Origin: Amoebidium appalachense
Lineage: Eukaryota; Protista; Ichthyosporea
Reading direction: 5' to 3'
NCBI GenBank assembly: GCA_963693365.1
Contig: CAVNZM010000002.1
Coordinates: 10,906,328-10,970,327, forward strand
DNA: 64,000 bases
The notes beneath the pieces were generated by a model that saw only the letters and a list, made by a program, of their open reading frames with translations, did not search any database and was not told where the DNA came from. Made by a program: the position numbers and the translations under genes. Of this stretch, positions 56,733 to 64,000 are shown piece after piece (the first letter of the stretch is position 1; each line of letters begins with the position of its first letter).

Positions 56733-58195
56733 ACACACACCACCACCACCACGACCTTTGATGCCCTGTTTCTGGCCGTTGGGTAAACGAGTTCTGATCT
56801 AACTCCGTTTCCTTGCAGGTGCCTCAAGGCGAGCAGTTTGGGCCTGGGCAGCGCACCCTCTCTCCGCGCATTGGCACCCCGACCCCGGAGGTGCTGGTTG
56901 GGGAGGACAAGGACGTGGCTGATGTGGCGTCCTCCCTTGCACGTGTCTCCACCCCCGTGCGTGAGGGCCCCTCGTCTCCCGCACCCCCTCGCCCAACCAC
57001 CCCTCAGCCCATCGGCACACAGCAGCAACCGGCGGCGGTTGACTCGTCTGGGTCGATGAAGTATGGGCAGGAGGGTGGGCAGGCCAAGGAGAAGAGGCTG
57101 GACCACTTTCCCCAGGAGTTTATCCCCTCGTGGCAGCAGGCAGGCCAGCAGCAGCTGCAGCTGCAGCAGCAGCAGCAGGGTGGGGAGGCACAGGAGGACC
57201 GCCAGGCCTCACCCATGCCCTCTACGGCGCATGTTCGCACCCAGCAAGCGGAGGCCCAGCAGGGCACCGGCCAGGGCTATGCTGCTGGGTCGGTGGGGTC
57301 GTACGGGGGGTTCCCGAGCGTGCTGGTGCCGGCCATGGTGTACCCGGCATACAGCACCCAGTACGGCCTGGGCTTTGGCAACGCCTCGTTTGTGCCCCAG
57401 CAGCAGTCGGCCGTGGCTGCGGCCCACTGGAAGCAGCAGCAGGCCGCAGGCGCAGCCGGGGCAGCAAGCACACACAGCACTGGGGGAATGATGGAGGGGG
57501 CTGAGGACAAGGACGACGGGGAGGCCGGCCAGGCCTACACGGACATGGCCTACGGGGGTGCCGGGCAGGTGGGCTGGCGCACAGTGGCTGTGGGCTACGG
57601 GCAGCAGCAGGTAGAGCTTGCCCCGTACCAGGTGGCCCAGCTGCGGGCGCAGCAGACCCACCTGGCCATGCAGCAGGTTCAGCGCCAAGCCCAGGCCCCG
57701 GCCCAGCAGCAGCAGCAGCGCCACCAGCAGGCCCACACGCAGGCCAGCCCCATGGCGGCATACCTGGACGCCGTGCCGTTCTCCCCCCACCAGGCGCAGA
57801 TGCAGCCCAAGCAGGTCATGTTGGCCCAGCAGTACCCGGCCAAGCCCATGGCCGTGGACCCCCAGTATGCGGCCCGCTACCAGGCCGCAGTCACGGCCGC
57901 AGGGGCCGCCGCAGGCATGGACCCAGCCCAGTACCAGCGGCAGCGCATGGCGGCCTACATGCAGTACCAGCAGCAGCAGCACGGCCAGGACCAGATGGCC
58001 CAGCAGGACCAGTACACCCAGTACCAGCACATGGCCCAGGACAGCGACGACCAGCAGCCCGTGCAGATGGCTAGGCCCACGTCTATGGGTGCACGCCAGG
58101 CCGAAACCCACATGGCCCAGATGCCCCACGATCGCATGGCCCCCCAGCAGCAGATGATGATGGACCCCCGCCAGCAGCAGTATGCACGCATGATG

Positions 58196-58227
<32 letters not shown>

Positions 58228-59725
58228 GCAAATTCTGATGCAGCAGAAGGCGGCCCAGCTGCGGCAGTACACGTATGTGCAGCAGCAGCAGGCTCAGATG
58301 CAGGACCAGCGCAGCCAGCAGGTGCAGCTGCAGATGCAGCAGCAGCAGCGCCAGGCGTCATATGCCCAGCAGCAGCAGCAGCAGCAGCAGCGCATGCAGC
58401 CGGCCCGTCCAGCCCAGCAGATGCAGCAGCGGGACCCCCAGATGGCCCAGCAGCTCACCCAAGGCCCGCGTGGGGTGGCCAATGTGGCGTTTGCCGGGCT
58501 ACCCATGCAGGCGGGGGGCTACATGGGGGGCTACCAGTATGCGATGGCCCAGCAGCAGCAGCAGCAGCAGCCGGCCAGCAGCAGCTACGAGGGGGGCCAG
58601 CAGGACCTGGCGCTGCCCATGAGCCAGGAGAACATGGGCCGCAGCCAGCAGTGGTCCCAGCATCAGCAGCAGTGGTCGGCCACCCAGCAGCACCAGAGGC
58701 GCAGCCAGCAGCAGCAGCCGGCCACCCCCCCACAGAAGTTGCCCCAGCAGCAGCAGCAGCAGCCGGCATACGGACCCAAGCGCGGTGCCGTGGTGGACGT
58801 GTCCACACACCAACCCCAGCAGCAGCAGCAGCAGCAGCCCCAGGCCAGCAAGCCAAACCAAGAAACAGAGGCAGTCCCGTCATCCTCGACACAAGCTGGT
58901 ACCCAGCAGGCGGAAGGGAGCAAAGCCCCACAGTCCCCATCGACATCAGAGGCCCAGGGCCCTGCAGCTGGCAGCAGCCAGGGAGGAGATGGAGATGGGG
59001 AACCGGCCCTAAGCACGGCCGAGGATGAAAGTGCCGGGGGGTATGAGGGGGCCAAGGAGCAGGACCCCAGCAGGCAGAAAGGCCCAGGCACCCCCCGGCA
59101 GGGTGCCGGCCGGGAAGGGGGCAAGATGCGCCCGCAGACCCGTCAGGGCAACGGCAGAGCCCCCGTCAGCAAGCCGGGACCCATGCAGCCAGGCATGCGG
59201 CCAGCAATGGGGCCAGGGGCCGGCATGGAGGGCCCCGGGGGCTGGTACGGGCAGCAGCAGATGGCCCAGGCACCACCGCCAAGCCTCATGGGCCCATACA
59301 CGGGCCAGCCAATGCCCCGCCCGGTCGTGGGGGTGGCAGGGGTGGCCCGCATGCCCCAGGCGGCCGCCAGGGGTGGGCTAGTGCCCACGCCCGTACGTGG
59401 GCCCGGCATGGCGGACACCAGCGGAGTGGGTGTGCCAGCAGGGCAGGGTCTGCTGCGGGTGGTGGGCACCATGCCTACAGCCGTGACCATGGGCATGGGG
59501 GATCGGCCCGGGTTCTACCAGGCCCCAGCCCCCCAGCAGGCCGACTACCAGATGGGCCAGCGCCGGCCACCGCTGCTGCAATTTAGCCCTGTGGCCGTAG
59601 GCCAGAGGATGGCTATGGCGGACCCCAACATGCGCCCACCCATGCCCCACTATGCCCAGCCCACACCCCCACAAATGCACCAGCCAAGGCAGCAGAGCCA
59701 GGACTCGAGAACCAGCGGCAATTAG
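47262..59725 (+). CDS. PRRC2: PRRC2/BAT2-family proline-rich coiled-coil protein, 8 exons, ~2400 aa, Q-rich low-complexity C-terminus
   Basis: Exons 47262-47373, 47880-48301, 49199-49518, 49933-50005, 51079-52049, 52973-53328, 54027-56072, 56819-59725; in frame after removing one A from the run at 47985-47989. BAT2_N-like start KFSSLNL...GLQVIGRV...PRPINLPSLKKENAGLDPTTKIVPGGGGGWG; further family-like motifs EEFPAL, IPPRF, DDTWALDEEMDFNQQVVFDDD, IERARVRRQQEEERLEQERKARAAAKLAALEKK, FVEVVSK, RMAAARAAWEN. Confidence 0.9.
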
Positions 59726-60114
59726 GTACATTCTTTGGGCATTTAGTTGATGTCAGATGGGGTTGAGTCTAGTTCTTAGCACGTATATGTATGTGTATGG
59801 GGGCCTGTACTAATTTCAAATGAGCGATATGGAGCAAGACGGGCGCAAACAACCCGTCGAGTTGGACTCTTGACAGTGAGTAACACGTTGTGCAATTAAA
59901 GGCTGGCTCGGCCTTGGCCGGTTCCGGCCCTTCGGGTACTTGGTGGCGAAACAAATAGTATATAAGGGGGCAGGTGAGAAGTGTGTTTCAGGGCCGCCAT
60001 CCCTGTGGTGTTTCGTGTGATTTTTCCACGTTGTACAGAGAAGTGCCGCCAAGGCGTGCACATGCAGGATACATGGTTAGCACCTGTTGCTTTTGATGAG
60101 TGAGGCATACATTT

Positions 60115-60120
60115 AATAAA
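60115..60120 (+). terminator. Candidate polyadenylation signal of the PRRC2-like gene
   Basis: AATAAA about 390 bp after the stop codon, just upstream of the retrotransposon insertion. Confidence 0.35.
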
Positions 60121-60157
60121 GTGGGCCAATCGTGCCTAGTACGTGACATATACATTG

Positions 60158-60442
60158 GGGTTTACGCTGTTTACTCGAGGCAAAGAGAGACCAGTTTCAG
60201 GTATGGGGGGTTTTTGCTCGGAATATCCCCTCAGCGGTATATCATGATCACGTACATAGCTGTCGGGTGATGATTATATATCAGGGTTTACTTTCTCTAC
60301 GAGACACCATAAAGACTAAGAGAAATCAATTAGTTGGGGTTCCCCTTTTTTTTTTCTTTTTTTTTTCTTTTTTTTCGGGCTCCCCTGTGTTTTTGTTTTT
60401 TGTTTTTTTTCGGGCTCCCCTGGGACACTCGGTATCAGCTGG

Positions 60443-60493
<51 letters not shown>

Positions 60494-61529
60494 CTAGAAT
60501 TTTGTAATGATGTGTTTCTCAAGCCAATCAATACATCTAATAAACAGGTCGTAGTTACGCGTGTTTAGTATAAAATCAAGGATGTTGTAATTTTGTGGCT
60601 ATGTTTCTGGGTGTCTGTTGTGAATGTGACGTGTGTGTGTTGCGGTATTATGTGGTCTATCAAACTACATTTGGCGATACATGACCGTTTAAACTGGTGT
60701 GTGTGTGTGTTGTTTGGGCATGCAAGCGATGGCACCTTATACTTATTAGATCTCCACTGTATAGCACGTGTACAGTAAAAGCGTGGTATGTGATCAATAA
60801 TACCATCAGCTAGAGAAAGACCAATTCTACAGGAAGGTAATATGTATTTAGGTGTTACACATTTGCGAGTGCTATATTTGGCAATACGGTTAAGGCAGTC
60901 ACTATATATAAAACGAGACATAAGGCTTAGTTTTTCAAGGTGTATGCTTTCATCGGGTCTGGTGTCGTGTGGTATCTTTTTCCATTTGTTATATTGCGTA
61001 ATTATCTTGTGATTGTGTACATGTCTAATTTAAAGTAAGTGGCAGTCCAAAGTCACATACACACTTTTGCGGGGTTTATTTGTATTTGTGCCCGGGGGAG
61101 AAGGGGAGAGAGAGGGAAGGAAAGAGGGGAGAGGTGAGGAGGGGACAGGTCGGATAGAGAAGAGAGGGTGGGAGGGCAAATACTTCTTTAAGCGGCTTAT
61201 GTGCTTATTGAATTTCAGCGCGAGGCGGGATACTCTAGCAGCTATTGGGACCAGACCATATATCGAGAGCGTTACAGGCCCAGGTTTACAACAGTTGTTA
61301 GAAAGGAGGCAACTTCTGCTTCAAGGAAATTTGCCAAGGGTTTAAGCGCTCTAGTTCTCTCTTTCTTGATCCAAGCGGCGAGAAGGGGTAAACCATATTC
61401 ACACGCCGGGAAGACAAAAGTGCGTATAAATGTAAGTCTAATAGAAGGATGGAGGGGTGTGTCTTTGAAAATATTGGCCGAGAAGAAAGCTAACCGCTTA
61501 CGAGCCAGCTCTACCCTCACGAGCCAGCT
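60158..61529 (-). mobile_element. 5'-truncated, decayed non-LTR retrotransposon (LINE-like), copy 2, with 11-bp target-site duplication
   Basis: Minus-strand translation RLTFIRTFVFPACEYGLPL (RT thumb-like), GLVPIAARVSRLALKF, AIQWRSN..ACP..HQFKRSCIAKC (Cys/His C-terminal motif), NYNILDFILN...TKF* with stops and frameshifts; CATATACATTG at 60147-60157 and 61530-61540 flanks it; close match to 31554-32583. Confidence 0.85.
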
Positions 61530-61593
61530 CATATACATTGCACGCAGTGTCGTATATGTGAAAGTGAAGCTGTTTGGTACTGTAATATGTGGG

Positions 61594-61632
<39 letters not shown>

Positions 61633-62818
61633 TGTGTGTGAAAAACGGTTTGTATTCAATGGAATCAATGCACATGCCGTGGCCAATAGGTGCCGGGCCC
61701 CCTACATGTCTGAAATCATTATGATATCTCAACTGAAATTGCAACCCAGATAAGTAGCCGTATGTAAATGATCAGGTTTTTCTGATGGGGCCACAGCTGT
61801 ACGTCCGGTGTGTTTGGTGGGGTGGGGCGGGGTGGGTGGGTGGTGGTGGTGGTGGTGGTGGTGGGGAGGGGGGGGGGGGGGGAGGATGCGCCTGGAATCT
61901 CCAACAGCTAGCTGGGTATGCAATTTGCAATGGACTATAATAAGGCACAAACTTACGTATTAATCAAATTTGCACAGTAACAGCTGTTGTACGTCCTGTG
62001 TGCTTGGTGGGGTGGGAGGAGGACGGGGGGGAGGGGGGGGGTTGCGATCTTGCACTGTGCGAGAGCTGTAATTACACTGATAAATATCCTGGCCGGAAAG
62101 CCGCAATATATGTGTCATGATAGGCCAGGTCAGGAAACTTTTGCGCATGCGCACCTCCAGCGCTAATATTAGCCTCCCTCCCCTGGGAGCCCCAAATACC
62201 GTAGTAACCGTTCACAAAGTGAGGTTGTTTGCCCGTGCCACTGGATGGACGTAGTGGCTCTGCCATATAGCCATGGGTACTGTACTAATTTACGCAGCGC
62301 CACACCGTCTATCCCATCCTCGATCCCATATTATTTCAGTGACCTGATGGTGAATCCGAAGAGCTGGTAAGTCTGTCAAAGTCACTGTGCAAATTTAATT
62401 GTTACTAACATAGAGATGCATTGGCCAATTATAAAAGGAGCAAATTGCATACCCAGATGTTGAAGATCTTTTCCATTCCAAGTGCATCTCCCCCCTCTCC
62501 CCCCCTCCCCCCCCCCCTCCCCCTCCTCCCACCCCACCAAAAACACCCAAATTCGAATCAAAAAAACCCCTCGTGTGAACCGAGCTCATCTATGAAAATT
62601 AACCACACTCGTGCGCGATTCCCTCAGTCCCGGCCCTGCCGCTCTGCGAAGCTCCGGGCTGATAATAAATTGTGCACATGGTTCACTGAGGTACAGGGGG
62701 TGACTGAAGTTAAGAGCATTCACTTTGAAAATAGGGGCTAATAATCTTAATTTTTCAGGGACCATAGCCTAAATAAGAATAATATTATTTCCTTGGGGTG
62801 GGTTGTGTCCACGGGGAG

Positions 62819-62857
<39 letters not shown>

Positions 62858-63042
62858 TTTCTTTTCTTGTAAAAGGAGCCGACAAGGGCAGTCATCTCAA
62901 CAAGACTTCAAATACTGATCTTACACACAAAGTCCAATTAATGTTCTTGCAGCCTGGGGCACATGTGGCTTTCAAAATGCATACATACCACGGCGATGTG
63001 TGCACATAAGGCGCAATTGCCAACGTGTGTGTGGGAGGGGAA

Positions 63043-63081
<39 letters not shown>

Positions 63082-63194
63082 GAAGGGGGGGGGCGGGGAC
63101 GGGGGAGGGTGTGTGTGTGTGTGCGCGCGCACGCGCGCGCGTGTGTGTGTGTGTGCATGTGTGTGTGTGTGTGTGTCTGCGCGCAGGCAGCACG

Positions 63195-64000
63195 TATGCG
63201 TATGTCATCGTAGTATGTATCTGTATGTGTATGTCATCATAGTGTTTATCTGTATGTGTATGTCATCATAGTATGTATCTGTATGTCACGGTATGTCATC
63301 ATAGTATGTATCTGTATGTGTATGTCATCATAGTATGCCATCTGTATGTGTATGTCATCATAGTATGTATCTGGGCCTCGCGTAAGGGTGTATGTCATCA
63401 TAGTGTGTATCTGTATGTGTATGTCATCATAGTGTGTATCTGTATGTGTATGTCATCATAGTGTGTATCTGTGTGTGTCACATGATGTCATCATAGTGTG
63501 TATCTGTATGTGTATGTCATCATAATGTGTATCTGTATGTGTATGTCATCATAGTGTGTATCTGTGTGTGTATGTCATCATAGTATGTATCTGCACGGTG
63601 TATGTCATCATAGTATGTCATAATAATGTATCTGTATACTCGCGTAAGGGTGTATGTCATCATAGTGTGTATCTGTATGTGTATGTCATCATAGTGTGTA
63701 TCTGTATGTGTATGTCATCATAGTGTGTATCTGTATGTGTATGTCATCATAGTGTGTATCTGTGTGTGTATGTCATCATAGTGTGTATCAGGCTGTATGT
63801 GTATGTCATCATAGTGTGTATCTGTATGTGTATGTCATCATAGTGTGTATCTGTGTGTGTATGTCATCATAGTGTGTATCTGTATGTGTATGTCATCATA
63901 GTGTGTATCTGTGTGTGTATGTCATCATAGTATGTATCTGTATGTGTATGTCATCATAGTGTGTATCTGTATGTGTATGTCATCATAGTGTGTATCTGTA
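63195..64000. repeat. 29-bp minisatellite array running off the window end
   Basis: Unit TATGTCATCATAGTGTGTATCTGTATGTG, roughly 25 or more copies with occasional short interruptions. Confidence 0.95.

Noticed and set aside
54008-59731. Long minus-strand and alternate-frame ORFs over PRRC2 exons
   Set aside because: Shadows of GC-rich, CAG-rich coding sequence.
63195-64000. CRISPR-like regular repeat
   Set aside because: Units are head-to-tail with no unique spacers, there are no cas genes, and the context is eukaryotic.

Overview
Eukaryotic, very intron-rich genomic DNA saturated with (CA/TG)n microsatellites and poly-C/poly-G runs; most ORFs in the supplied track are repeat artefacts. Reading splice sites by hand gives three spliced genes. 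(1) Listerin/LTN1 E3 ligase, minus strand, 42 exons from 31013 down to 713; the end of the RWD domain and the RING lie beyond the window start. (2) A complete 13-exon presenilin, plus strand, 33224-42317, ~410 aa, head-to-head with LTN1. (3) An 8-exon PRRC2/BAT2-family protein, plus strand, 47262-59725, ~2400 aa. The gene set and presenilin intron pattern suggest a holozoan, possibly a unicellular one (inference). Mobile DNA: two 5'-truncated copies of one non-LTR retrotransposon (one with an 11-bp TSD), a 561-bp TIR element in an LTN1 intron, and a ~400-bp foldback-like element built from palindromic 20-bp units. The most unusual signal is splicing architecture: about a dozen 3' splice sites have long U-free (CA)n tracts running into the AG in place of a polypyrimidine tract. 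There is also one GC-AG intron and four single-base homopolymer over-calls that frameshift otherwise intact genes. No CRISPR, rRNA or tRNA was found.
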